Shown one piece after another: positions 27,380 to 39,549 of a stretch of 64,000 nucleotides of DNA. Numbering within the stretch: the stretch's first letter is position 1; every line of letters begins with the position of its first letter. The position numbers were made by a program, and so were the translations under genes. The notes below the pieces were generated by a model. It did no database searches. It worked only from the letters and a program-made list of their open reading frames with translations, and was not told the origin of the DNA. Source of the stretch: Lytechinus pictus (taxonomy: Eukaryota); contig NC_087245.1 of assembly GCF_037042905.1 (NCBI RefSeq), positions 7,752,001 through 7,816,000 on the forward strand, given 5' to 3'.

Positions 27380-28175
27380 TGGGTTGGGTCTAGAGCTCTG
27401 TTTACACACCCCCCATTTGGCAAAAATACCTATAAATGTGAATGTCCTAGATTCCTGATAACGCATACATTCATACCTGCCTGAACTAGAAAAGTTCATG
27501 TAGTTTCTGAACATGCAACAAGCCTTTCTTATTCCTCTAGCAAATGATATGCACTCCTTCTGGCCTCGCCTCACATATATAATGTAATTTTGCTGGTAAT
27601 AGTATGCTTAAAAGAAGACATCTATTTATCAGACACATTAATATTAATATCTGTGCATTCACACCTTCCCTTAACTTGAAGAATTTTTGTAGTTTCTGAA
27701 TATGCAACAAGACTTTAACATTCTTAGCAAATGATGCACACTCTTTCTGGCCTATCCTATAAAAAATCTTTTAATGTACTTTGCCGGTATCGCTTTGCCT
27801 GAACGATAGGATTACAGTAATGTTATTACTCTGAAAGTTTGTCTTTTTCCATTGCTGACCTTGTTTTTAACAGGTCTGTGAAACTCCATTAATGTGTAAA
27901 CTTGGAATGGATAAAGTATGATAATGCATTTACATTGCCAAGTTTAATGGGTTTTATACACTAATCATATTAATTTGAATATGTATGTGTTCACTGATGT
28001 AATCATCATTTTCTTGTTCAATTTCTATGGAATCTATAGCAAGCCTGATCTACAAAAGTTCTATAAATAAGGGATTGTTTGTTAATTCAATTCCTGTGAT
28101 TATATTTATTGATATGATCATGAATTCTAATTTATTTTCATGTATTTTTATTGTTCTTTCTTTTTTTCCCTTTAG

Positions 28176-28264
28176 CCTGTGAATACTATACACACCTTGG
28201 TTGTTTAGATTTTGTTGTAAGCAACTGCATACGTTTCATTGCTTATGACGAAAGTAAAGAACTG
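28176..28264 (+). CDS. DGKQ: DGK-theta exon: C1B C-terminal half (ACEYYTHLGCLDFVVSNCIRFIAYDESKEL)
   Basis: ccctttag acceptor; CTG|gtaaga donor; CEYYxHxxCxDFxxxxC motif; phase 1 to 0. Confidence 0.93.
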
Positions 28265-28479
28265 GTAAGACAATATGATGCTCTTTTAATTTCATGTAGG
28301 ATTTTTGAAATATCTGTATAGCTTTAGAGCTCCTCAGTGCATAAGGCTAGCTCAGTATTATACTTAACACACTGAGACAAAACAATGCTTACTTGATTTT
28401 ATTGTTTCATTTTATTACTTTGTCCATGTATAGTTCCCCATATTAAAGAAACATAGATGTTACATACATCATGATTATT

Positions 28480-28686
28480 GACTTTTAATTCATTGAACTC
28501 AAAATGGAATTACATTATATTGGATGGCTCAGAATGGAATACCAGAAATATTCCAAGAGTTTGGGAAAATATTCCACGAATCTGCTTCGTGAAATATTTT
28601 CCCAAACTCTTGGAATATTTCTGGTATTCCATTCTGAGCCATCCAATATAATGTAATTCCATTTTGAGTTCAATGAATTAAAAGTC
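28480..28686. repeat. Near-perfect palindrome: 101-bp arms, 5-nt loop
   Basis: 28480-28580 is the reverse complement of 28586-28686 with one mismatch seen; loop TCTGC. Confidence 0.92.
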
Positions 28687-28960
28687 CCTAACAAGTGGAA
28701 TATTTCTGGTATTTCATGAAATAAAGCCATCCAGTATAATTATTATCATCTATACAACCCCCCCCCCCAAAAAAAAAGAGGGAGAAATTTGATTTAACAA
28801 GTCATATCACTTATCACATTAGTGCATCATCACGTTAGGATCAATTTTAGTCATTGACATGCGACTTACATGTAGTTCATTATGACTTCATTGAGCGGAA
28901 TTGTGATAGTTATGCTGCAGATCGCATTGTTTTCATTCTTGTATGCGTTGTATAGTTAAA

Positions 28961-29625
28961 GGGATGTTCCAGGCTGAAAGTATTTAGAGCTTAATAAATA
29001 GAGTAGAATTCACTGAGCAAAATGCCGAAAATTTCATCAAAATCGGATAACAAATAATAAAGTTATTGAAGTTTAAAGTTTAGCAATATTTTGTGAAAAC
29101 AGTCGTCATGAATATTCATTAGGTGGGCTGATCATGTCACATCCCCACTTTGAAGTTTAAAGTTTAAAGTTTAGCAATATTTTGTGAAAACAGTCGTCAT
29201 GAATATTCATTAGGTGGGCTGATCATGTCACATCCCCACTTTCCGTTTTCTTATGTTATTACATAAAATCATAATTTTTTCACTATTTCATACTTCTGTG
29301 AATAATATGTCTCCCTTATAATGAAATAAGTTGCAGCAATGAATATCTAATGCACTAGATCAGTTGTCAAGCCAGTTTTTCTAGTTCTTGGAGGAAAAAA
29401 AAAGATTAAATCTAATTTCATATAATAAAATACAAAAGAACAAGTGGGGATGTGACATCATCAGCTCACTTAATGAATATTCATGACGACTGTTTTCACA
29501 AAATATTGCTAAACTTTAAAATTTAATAACTTTGTTATCCGATTTTGATGAAATTTTTGGCATTTTGCTCAGTGAATTGTACTCTATTTATTAAGCTATA
29601 AATACTTTCAGCCCGGACCATCCCT
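28961..29625. mobile_element. Kolobok-like MITE family C, opposite orientation to the 24655 copy, with an internal ~85-bp tandem duplication
   Basis: TTAA at both ends; GGGATGTTCCAGGCTGAAA / TTTCAGCCCGGACCATCCCT; ~29068-29150 repeated at ~29152-29241. Confidence 0.87.
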
Positions 29626-29913
29626 TTAATGCATTCGCGCATGAGCACTAGACTGTTGAATATGGTCTCATACTCAATGGTTAATTTTGTGCAGGAGCCT
29701 ATGGGATATTCGTCGGATTTCGGTTATTTTAGGGATACACTCTGATACTGCACATGCAACTGATGCAGACCAAAATATGTGTTTTAATGTATGGCTTAAA
29801 CGCTCTATATAAATGATAATTGTTAATATTGTAAGACTGTATCTCATGAAAAGAGAAAACATATCAATTCCTAACTAAGAAAGTCATGGACTCTTTTCAT
29901 TTGTCTTTTACAG

Positions 29914-30045
29914 GATAAAATCACAGTATATCACCATTGGCGGGAAGGCAATCTACCAACCAACAGCCGATGTCTTGTATGCAAGAAGTCTTGTGCAACC
30001 CATGAGTGTCTGGCTAGTATGAAGTGTGAATGGTGTTGGGCAACG
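29914..30045 (+). CDS. DGKQ: DGK-theta exon: C1C (DKITVYHHWREGNLPTNSRCLVCKKSCATHECLASMKCEWCWAT)
   Basis: ttttacag acceptor; ACG|gtacgt donor; HHWREGNLP...CxxCKK...C...CEWC signature of the last DGK C1 domain; 44 codons. Confidence 0.95.
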
Positions 30046-32967
30046 GTACGTCCTTATAATATTACTTATTTTTTATTTCATTTTGATGGATGAAAACATC
30101 TTATTCCTCACATACGATATGTGTACAATCTTATTCTTATCCCCACCTACATCCCCCCAAAGAGAACTTCTTGTCATTCTTTGAAATAAATCCACCTACT
30201 CCAACAAATTTCTCAACTTCAAAATTGCTAGGAGAGGTAATAATGTTTTTTATGAATAAGTACCAATGTACCTGTATGTAAATAGCATACTTTCTTATAT
30301 ATGTAATGGGATTATGTAAACTATGACAGGAATATATTTCTACATTACATTTCATACACATCGCTAAAACATACATGTCCATGGCTCTATAAACACCAAC
30401 ATGCTTTGCTTAGAATTTGCTTAATTCATATTCATATGATGCTCTATAACATGAAACTGAAATTGAGAAGTATTGTGACATCACTCTGACATCACAAAAT
30501 ATAGTGTTACATTTTTGTTTTGTGCAGCTCCGGAAGTTGCATACAAAACATAACTTAACTTCTGTGTGAAATACATTGCGAAAATCACAACTCACATGCA
30601 CCTTGTAAGTGAACATTGGAAAAATTATTTTATCAAAGTAAAGATGTTATTAAAGTAATAATTTCAAATGCTATTGAATTGACTACCAACTACATGTAGA
30701 TGCTTGATTTATTTTTCTTCTTCTTCAAATTAAAATGGTTTCTTTTTCTATGTTGCAAACACATGTACAAGGTTAATATTACATCATATCAACCATGGTG
30801 CATTAGAAAATGAAATTAAAAACTAGAGTCTGACACTGTGTTATAAAAGGATAGTAATTTCATGCTTTTCCCAGTTATTGCTGAGCTGTCCAGGGGTGAG
30901 ATGCAAGCATATTCTTAAAGAAAGAAACAGGTTGCCTTTTAATAAATTAAGTCATAGGAAGCCATCTTGATATACATATAGCCTCAGACTGCACCTTGTG
31001 AGTGGTTGTCATAGTAACCCATCTGAATGGTATAGAAAGATGAATGCCAGCTATAAAATCGATCTTGACAAAATCAAACAAGCAGACCATTTATTCTCTC
31101 TCTTCATCTCTCTCCTTCCTTTCCTCCTCCTCATCCTCCTCCTTATTCCTCGTTGCCAATCCTGACCTTCTTTTCTGCCATGGCGCTTAGTTTGTTTCTT
31201 GTGAGCTTCCGAGATCTGGCCCCCATGTCTATTTTTAGCTCAAATTGCCTGGAGAAATGAGAGTCGGGTTGCGTTTCAGCTTATGAGGCTAAGTAAGAGG
31301 CATATTAGATGTGCTAGTAGAGTGTGGATTGTAAAAGGTGGTGTACCATCTATAGGCTTTCTCTGCATACAGTCTCTCTGGCTGGGTGGGTGTGTGACTT
31401 GGGTGTTCCTAGCTATAATAAATGCATTTTCTATGAGTCTTTTTGAGAGAGTGGCAGGGGGGGGGGGGTAGGTTTTTATTTTTAGTGAAAGTCAATGATT
31501 TATGACATTCTCATCCAAGAACTACATGTATTCTTTCCTATTTAATCATAACACACTACTTTGGAGGATATTGTAAACTTGAATTTATAGTTAACATGTT
31601 TTATCAAAAGGTAAATCACATGGGTTATTGCATCATCCTGATCTAGCTTAATTGGATTTGTTAAGAAGTAATTTGATTCAGTTGTTTAGAAGAAAGGACT
31701 TTGGCTTACATTGTAGTGCTGGTCGATTTCAATGGTAGTTGATTGATTATCACCAGCGAAATATTGCAGATAACACGATATATTGCAGAGTCTGAAAATC
31801 CATTTTACTTTCATTATGAGCTGCAATTCTGTGAGAGCAGGGAAGGCGGAAATGGAAGTAAGGCTTGTCCATGAAAAACAGTAATTTGGGTACCAATTTG
31901 AATATGAAGTTCTTAGTTTGTGTAAAACAATACATAGCAGTATTCACTAAAATAGTGATTCATTTTTATCAACATATTTTAGTCATATCGTGTTACTGCA
32001 ATATATTGACATAATCATATGTATTCATTTTTTTTTCAATATCATATAATTTTGATAATATCTTATTATCGCCCAGCACTGTTACATTGTAAAATGTATG
32101 TTCCAATAATTTCAGCTCTTTTTTTCCTATGCAGTTACTATACATTTGTACATCATGTAGGCCCTATTTTAGCTGGCTTTGGATTCATCTTGCATGTGTT
32201 AATATCTGTGGTATAATTATGTTTAATAAATGTCCAAAAAAAATATAATAATTTAGATCAAATATAAATGCACATTCATGCAATATTCAGTGTATCAAAT
32301 AAGTACCTCTTTTCCCCAAATGATGCAAGAAAAGAATATTTTGAATTTCCATTTGCATCTTCATATTCCTTTTTTTATAACTGCCATGTAATCCTAGGTT
32401 TTTAATGGCGGTCAAAATTTGTAACCAATTGTAGTTAAGATTTAATGATTAAGTTAATTTTAATGCAATGGGGACTCATGTCAAGGTTCCAGCAAATTCA
32501 TATCTTACGAACTCGTTCTATACCATGAAGGTCTGTTCTAAACAAAATTTGCACGCTTTAATGATCTTTTATTTGGTCATTATTCTGTAGTGATTGATTG
32601 CAAACACTGAAACCTGGTTAGTGTTTCATAACGCTGTTCTTAAGTTAAGAGCGACTTTAAAAATTACTGGTGATCCTTTCTTTTGGTAAATGGTATACAC
32701 CAAAATGTTCATTTGCAATGGTTTAGCACCTGCATTGTAAGAATGGTTCACCGGTCGTTCTTAAAGTCACTCTTGAAGGGGAATCTAACCCAAATAAAAA
32801 CTTGTTTTTAAAGGAAAGAGAAAAATAAGACAAGTGGTTAGGCGAAAGTTTGAAAAATATCGGACAAACAATACAAAAGTTATGAATTTGTAAAAGTTGT
32901 AAATATTGGTAATCACTGTACCCATGGAGACTTCAAATTGTCCGCATATGTGATGTCATATGATGTA

Positions 32968-35900
32968 GGGTCATTCTCAAAAAAATGTTACAATTCACAA
33001 AAAACGTGTCTCGACTATCTTATGGCCGCTAGCTTCACAACCCTGAACATTTTCTACAAAAATATTATCAAGAGAATTACAATAATAGACTAGCTCCACA
33101 AAGCATAAACGACAAGTGACTAATAAAGCTCTAATTTTATTACAAAAGCCTTTTATTTTTGCTTTTTGTTAGAATCGACGCTGTCTCGGGTCAGTTTTAG
33201 ATTTTACTATCATTCTCTTTCCTAAGTAGTCTGTATTTCTTACCTACATTAATGTCTGGTTAGGGCAGCTTGGTGTAAACGTCCGACATACTGCGCTTAT
33301 CCTAGTATTTGATGATCCCTTTGTGATTAATTTCACTTTTAACTTTGTCCCAAATTCATTTTAACCTCCGTAACGAATACTGCCACAAGTTTTTTTTCCC
33401 ATTCAAACTGAATGATATTATATGATAATGTGTCTACAAGTAGAGTGATATTCATTAATAAATAATTGATAGGGAATTATCATATGTGTTTCCTGTATTA
33501 CACGGAAATAAAGGACTATTCTTAAAAAATAAAATGTATGACTAAACAGCTTTAACATCCGTAACGCACCTTAAGAAAATGTGCACTTTGGCAGTTCTGT
33601 TAAGGATTCAGTATCTTATAGGATAAGAGACACCTTTCATAATAAATACAATTTTCAAAGGTATGACTGCTAAATAAGGACCACGTTGGACCATAAAGCA
33701 TAAAGACATTAACTTCCGTAACGCATTAACTTCCGTAACATTTTTTCTTGAATATGCTACAAATTTGTGCTATACTGAATCACTCCGGATCATACAGATA
33801 TAAATCATATAAGGTACCGTCCACCTACTTACCCATAAAAATGATAGCTATTCATCCTTGTCAAATTATTATTACACACCTTATTTTTAACATCACTTTG
33901 AAAAGAGGGAAAATTGCCAGCGAAAACAATTTCCCGAGAATTATATATGATATTTAATGCTTTTAGAATTTTGAATAATACATACTACAAATTTTAAATA
34001 TTGGCATCTTCTTTAGAACTTAAGATTTCTAATTTCCTTTGCTATATAAAGTGCATTAACTTCCGTAACAATTACTGTTACGGAAGTTAATACACTTCTT
34101 TGCTGTACTTTGCTAAGATTGATAGCACGATTCTAGTTCCAGAATAGGTGACATGGCTTTGTCTAATGCTGTAGTCGGCAGAAATGGTATAGAGAAAGGG
34201 AAGAAGGAGAAACAATTAAGCTTTCATGGACAAGGAAAGAGACAGAAAAACTGTTTGCAATGACTCATGAGGAGGGTTAATGTATCACCGATCAAAAATG
34301 TGAGCGCAAAGCGCGAGCTAAAACTTGTGAATAGTCTAACCTGAAAACTTGAAATTCTAGCATTTTTTTGTAGAAATGATCAGGATGTTATCTGAATAAA
34401 CTATTAATGCGAGTACAAAGTGCTAGCTGATTTGTTTTTCGTATTCTGACCGAAAGCTTGACATTCTAAACACTCTTTGTACCAATTACAAGGATGGGTA
34501 TCTTAATTGATGCGACTGTAAATTTTTTATATGTTGATCTGAAAACAATAATTTTTTGACGTTGTAATTTGAGAACAAGATATATATCCAATAAACAATT
34601 ATTGCAAAGGTAAAACGCGCGCTTTTTTAGGTTTAGTCCCCAAAACGGGACATTCTACTAACTTTTTGTAATCATAAAAAGGATGGGTGTCTTGCTAAGG
34701 AAATGATGCGCAGTGAGTGCGAAGCGCTAGCTGAAAATATGTGTCATTCCAATATGAAAACCAGACATCTTAAGCACGCTTTCAAATAAAGAGGATATAA
34801 ATTGAATAAAAAATAATTTCATGCAATAGAATACAAACAAAAACAAGTGGGGATTACATGTATGTACACCATCAATCAACTCTTTTAATATTCATGAAGA
34901 TATGCATAGACTATATTGTTTCACTAAAATAATGCAAATCTTTAAAATGGCATAACTCCGCTATTCCTTGTTCAATTTTGATCTTATTTGCAGTATTTTG
35001 TTTGTCTGCTTATTATCTGTTCAGATCATATTTTTCAGCCTGGATGACCCCTTTAACGTGCATAAAAAGCGCTTGAATAATCGATATAGGCCTACTTACA
35101 TGAACACATGGAAAGGGGTATTTCAAACTCTCACGGTTTGTTGGAATTTATAAATGAAATACGTATTTCGATAATCAAACATTTTGGCTATTCATCATTT
35201 TTTAAAATCACGAATAGAATGCGTAATTGTGTATCTCGATATAACAAACTGATGAAAATAAAATCGCGATTAGATAATATAGATTCCATTAATAATTTAT
35301 GTATTTGTGATTTTTTAGCCTCTTGTTTCATTCACCTTACTTTTTTATTATTCATTTCCCCATGTCCTTTTTTAAATGTTTTTCCCTCTTTTTCTATCTT
35401 TTTTGGCTATTGGCAGGCGGCGGGATTCCTCGTAACCCAGAGAACTCATCCTGGTAACGGGACTGCGATTGTTATATTTTGTTTATTGCCAGAAACTTTA
35501 AAGATAAACTGTAATTCTGTTGCCCGGTTATTCGGTTTTCTCATTCCAACTTTGAACAAGAACGACAATAAAATTACAGTTTCCGTTTCCTGTTTATGTT
35601 TTTTACATTTTTTAAGGGGGGGGGGATTGGCAAATTAAGCTATGCGTTCCATATTTATCTTTATTTATTAATAAAAGGTTATACGAATACCTAAATATGG
35701 ATTTTCCTAAGCTAACAAATAAATACTGCAATTTGTAACTTCATTTAACTTCCGTAACGAAGATTGACAAGGGTAAATGCCACTCGAGGATTTGATGGTA
35801 AAGTATCTTGGGATTCCCAGAATTGGTCATGCATTGCTTAGGATCTTGCTTAGGATTACTTAGTGCCAGAAACTTTTAAGATGAACTGCAATTCTGTGGC

Positions 35901-36717
35901 CCGGTTATTCGGTTTTCTTATTCCAACTGTGAACAAGAACGACAACAAAAATGACAGTTGTCCGTTTCCTGTTCTGTTTTTAACATTTTTTATTTGGGGG
36001 GGGGGGGGTGGGAAAATTAAGCAATGCGTTCCACATTCATCTTCAATAAGTTTTTAAAAAAATGTTATACCAATACCTTAATATGGATGTTCCTAAGGTA
36101 ACATAATAAGTAGTGCAATTTGTAACTTGATTTTAACTTCCGTAACGAAGGTTGACATGGTTAAATGCCATCGAGAGGATTTAATGGTAAACTATCTTTT
36201 GATTCCCAGCATTGGTCAAGCATTGCTTAGGATCTCAGGTTATGGATGGAATTTATTTCAAGGTTGCCTCATTCAAATTATGAACATTAAACTGAACGAA
36301 AGATGTGCAATGATTTTTATGGTTCTTTTTGTTAAATGTTATTTGGTAAAATCCTGCTTCTGAAAAAGAATATTGAATATTTTTTCTATCTTGCAAACAT
36401 TTTTGCTTCAGTAAATAAAATTGTTGATACCACACTGAAACTTAATGGTGTGCATTTCTATTTCAATCATTTCAAAGGTGATTTAATTGAGTAACATAAG
36501 TGAACAATGCTAACGATTAACCTCCGTAACGTTGATATACAGTGCTTGAGTTAATCCGGTCAGTACTTCAAATTGACGCAACAGCGACATGCCCCTTTTC
36601 TGTTGCCACTTTCTCATACATGGTACTTTCACAATCTGTATTTTTCAACCCATTTTGTAGATTTCATTTTTACGATTTTTCCCCCCATCAATTGTAGCAT
36701 TTTTCTGAGAATGACCC
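32968..36717. mobile_element. Non-autonomous DNA transposon, Sola2-like, 3.75 kb
   Basis: 4-bp TSD TGTA (32964-32967, 36718-36721); ~28-bp TIR GGGTCATTCTCA.AAAAATG.TACAATT; GGG/CCC termini with a 4-bp TSD fit Sola2; no transposase ORF seen. Confidence 0.78.
35486..36236. repeat. Two-copy tandem duplication, ~380-bp period, inside the Sola2-like element
   Basis: TGCCAGAAACTTT.AAGAT.AACTG.AATTCTGT.GCCCGGTTATTCGGTTTTCT starts near 35487 and 35864; both copies end GCATTGCTTAGGAT. Confidence 0.85.
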
Positions 36718-37050
36718 TGTAAGGCAAGGAATACTCTTCCATGTATTACCAATACATAAAACGACATAAAATTTCTTTTTTTTTCAAAAGTTTTATTTCT
36801 TTCATGAGGACATAAAACAATATAATACCTGGGTTATATTTAGATTACTGCCTCTGGGGAATGGGTACTTAGGAGAAAACACAAATCCCTTATAATTAAG
36901 TACATGGCCTATGAGAAAGTTTTTTTTTTGCCTCTTGTCATAATTTACTTACCCAGTTGCCAATTTGAAATCTACATAGTCTTAGGGATCTCAGTTTTAA
37001 AGCAGCCATAACTTTCTTATTGCTTGTCCGATTTTTTTTCAAACTTTCAC

Positions 37051-38810
37051 CAGGGCTCGACACTAGCGCCGGTCCGACGGTCCCAGACCGGTAAAAATCA
37101 CTGTCGGACCAGTAGATTTTCAGAAATAGCAAGATTTACTGGTCCGACATGACCAGTAAAAAATATCATTGTCGGGCCAGTAATTTTTCCAAAAATAGCA
37201 AGCTTTATGGGTCCGACATAAACAGTAATAAAAACTATTGTTGGGCCAGTAACTTTTTCAGAAATGGTCAAATTCGCTAGTCCAACATAAACATGAAAAA
37301 TATTCCATGACTCAAATTGCGAACCATTTTCCTCCCGTTAAATTCTGGCATTCACACACAGAACACACACAGAATGAATCGCATGCAATTTTTGATAGGG
37401 TAACATACAGTGTACACGTGGCTAGCCAGCCACACAGCCCACATGGTAAATTTCCTACTGGCTGCTAACGAAGCTTGGCTAACCTCTGCCAGAAATCTCT
37501 CACAGAACTGTCAAAATTCACATTTCACACTAATGAAAAGCTCTTATAATGTCCATATTTCCTAAAAATTTGCCAAAATTGGGGTAACTCTGTCATTTGA
37601 AAGCAGTAAAAGGAGAAATTTTCACTTCTGTTTTAGTTCAAAGAGATCGGGTTTCGAGTGATATTGTCTGAATACATGATAGCCCCACATATGCCTTTGT
37701 GTGTGTGTTGATACACTTGGTTTCTTTCGTAGCTAGTACTAGTATATTTTAATTGAGCCAAAAAGAAACTGATAATTTATTTATGATGATAGTTTTAGCT
37801 TTCTTCCTTTGTTTTCTTTCAATCTTTCTTTCCTTCTTTCTTTGTTTCTTCCCTCTCTTCTTTTACTGTCTTTCTTTTTTAATTTTCCCTTTTTCTTTGT
37901 CTTTTGTTCTTTCATTCTTTCTGTCCTGTTAATATTTTTCTCTATTTCTAATGCTCTTTCTTTTTTTATTTCCTTCTTTCTTTAATTCTTGAGTCCATCC
38001 ATCCTATATTTATCTCTTCTTTCTTTCTTCATTTCCTTCCTTCTTTTCCCCTTTCTTTCCTTCATTCTTTGTTACTTTCTTTCTTTCCTCATTCCATCCA
38101 TCCTTTCTTTACCCTTTCTTGTTTTTATTCCTTCTTGCAGCCCTTTCTCTCTTTCATTCCTTCCTTTCTTCTTTGTCTTTTGTTCTTTCTTTTTCCCCTT
38201 TGTTCCATCTATCCTTTTACCTTTTCTTTCTTCCTTTTATTTACTGCTTGCTTCCTTTCCTTTCTTTCTTTGAAGTTTGGTCTTTCTTTTTTGTTCTTCC
38301 TTTCATTTATTCTTTTACATTTTCTTTTTTTTTTTATATTGCTTGCTTGCTTCCTTCCTTCTTTATTCCTTCCCAACATTCCTTTTTCCTTCTATCATTT
38401 TCCCTTTTCTTGATTTCTTCCTTCTTTCAATCCTTTCTTTCTGTTTTCCTTCTTTCCATCTCTCCTTTTACCCTTTCTTTCTTTTTTTATTCCTTCTTTC
38501 CTTCTTTCTTTCAATACTTTGTCTTTTGTTCTTTCTTTCTATATTGCTTGCTTCATTTCTTTCCTTCTTTCCTTCATTCTTTTTTTCTTTTATTCTTTCT
38601 TTCCTTCCTTTCCTTCTTTGTTTTTTTTTCCTTCCTTCACATTTTTTCTTTACTTTTTTCTTCCTTCGTTTCTTTTATTCTTTCTTTTTTCCTTCTTTCC
38701 ATCTCTCCTTTTACCCTTTCTTTCTTGCTTCTTTCCTTCTTTCTTCATTACTTTCTGTCTTTTGTTTTTTCTTTCTTTATTGCTTGCATCATTTCTTTCC
38801 TTCTTTTTTT

Positions 38811-38906
<96 letters not shown>

Positions 38907-39549
38907 TCCTTCCTTTTTTCTTTCGTTCTTTCTTTCTTATTTTTGTTCTTTCTTTCCTTCCTTTCCTTCTTTCTTTCTTTAGTTCTTTCTTTTTTTCCTT
39001 CCTTCACATCTATCCTTTCTTTACCTTTGCTTTTTTCTTCCTCCCTTCCTTTCTTTCCTTCTTTCTTCATTACTTTCTGTCTTTTGTTTTTTCTTTCTTT
39101 ATTGCTTGCATCATTTCTTTCCTTCTTTTTTTTTTTTTCTTTCTTTCTTTCTTTCTTTCCTTCCTTTTTTCTTTCGTTCTTTCTTTCTTATTTTTGTTCT
39201 TTCTTTCCTTCCTTTCCTTCTTTCTTTCTTTAGTTCTTTCTTTTTTTCCTTCCTTCACATCTATCCTTTCTTTACCTTTGCTTTTTTCTTCCTTCCTTCC
39301 TTTCTTTTATTCTTTCTTCCTTTCTTTCTTTTTGTCTTTCATTCATTCATTCCTTCATTTTTTTTTTGGGGGGGGGGGGTAACAAGAAAGGACAGCAAAA
39401 TAAACTCACGCCTTTTTCTTATGTTTTCTTTATTTTTTGGGACCAGTAGATTTTAGGTTCGGACCAGTAAAAAATTGAAAAACTGGGTATCTACTGGTCC
39501 GACATGAATAGGTTGGACCAGTAGAAAAAAGGGTTAGTGTGGAGCCCTG
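37051..39549. mobile_element. Non-autonomous hAT-like DNA transposon
   Basis: 15-bp TIR CAGGGCTC.ACACTA; TSD CTTTCAC(C) of 7-8 bp; arrays of GGACCAGTA/GGTCCGAC subterminal repeats at both ends. Confidence 0.82.
37796..39367. repeat. ~1.6-kb TTTC/TTCC-rich homopyrimidine tract with higher-order duplications
   Basis: Almost only T and C on the + strand; pure (TTTC)n at ~38811-38907; block ~38730-39050 repeated at ~39051-39300. Confidence 0.95.

Noticed and set aside
31180..31260. Kozak-like GCCATGG as an alternative start exon
   Set aside because: The frame closes after 26 codons with no convincing in-frame donor
35108..35638. 176-aa ORF as transposase or cargo gene
   Set aside because: No DDE or other recognisable motif; low-complexity composition; overlaps the tandem duplication
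33361..36531. CRISPR-like repeat-spacer array
   Set aside because: Repeat only 14 bp, spacing irregular, mixed orientation, eukaryotic intron, no cas genes
37989..39456. Long Phe/Leu/Ser ORFs (up to 318 aa) and minus-strand Lys/Glu/Arg ORFs
   Set aside because: Artefacts of a stop-free TTTC tract that is open in all three frames
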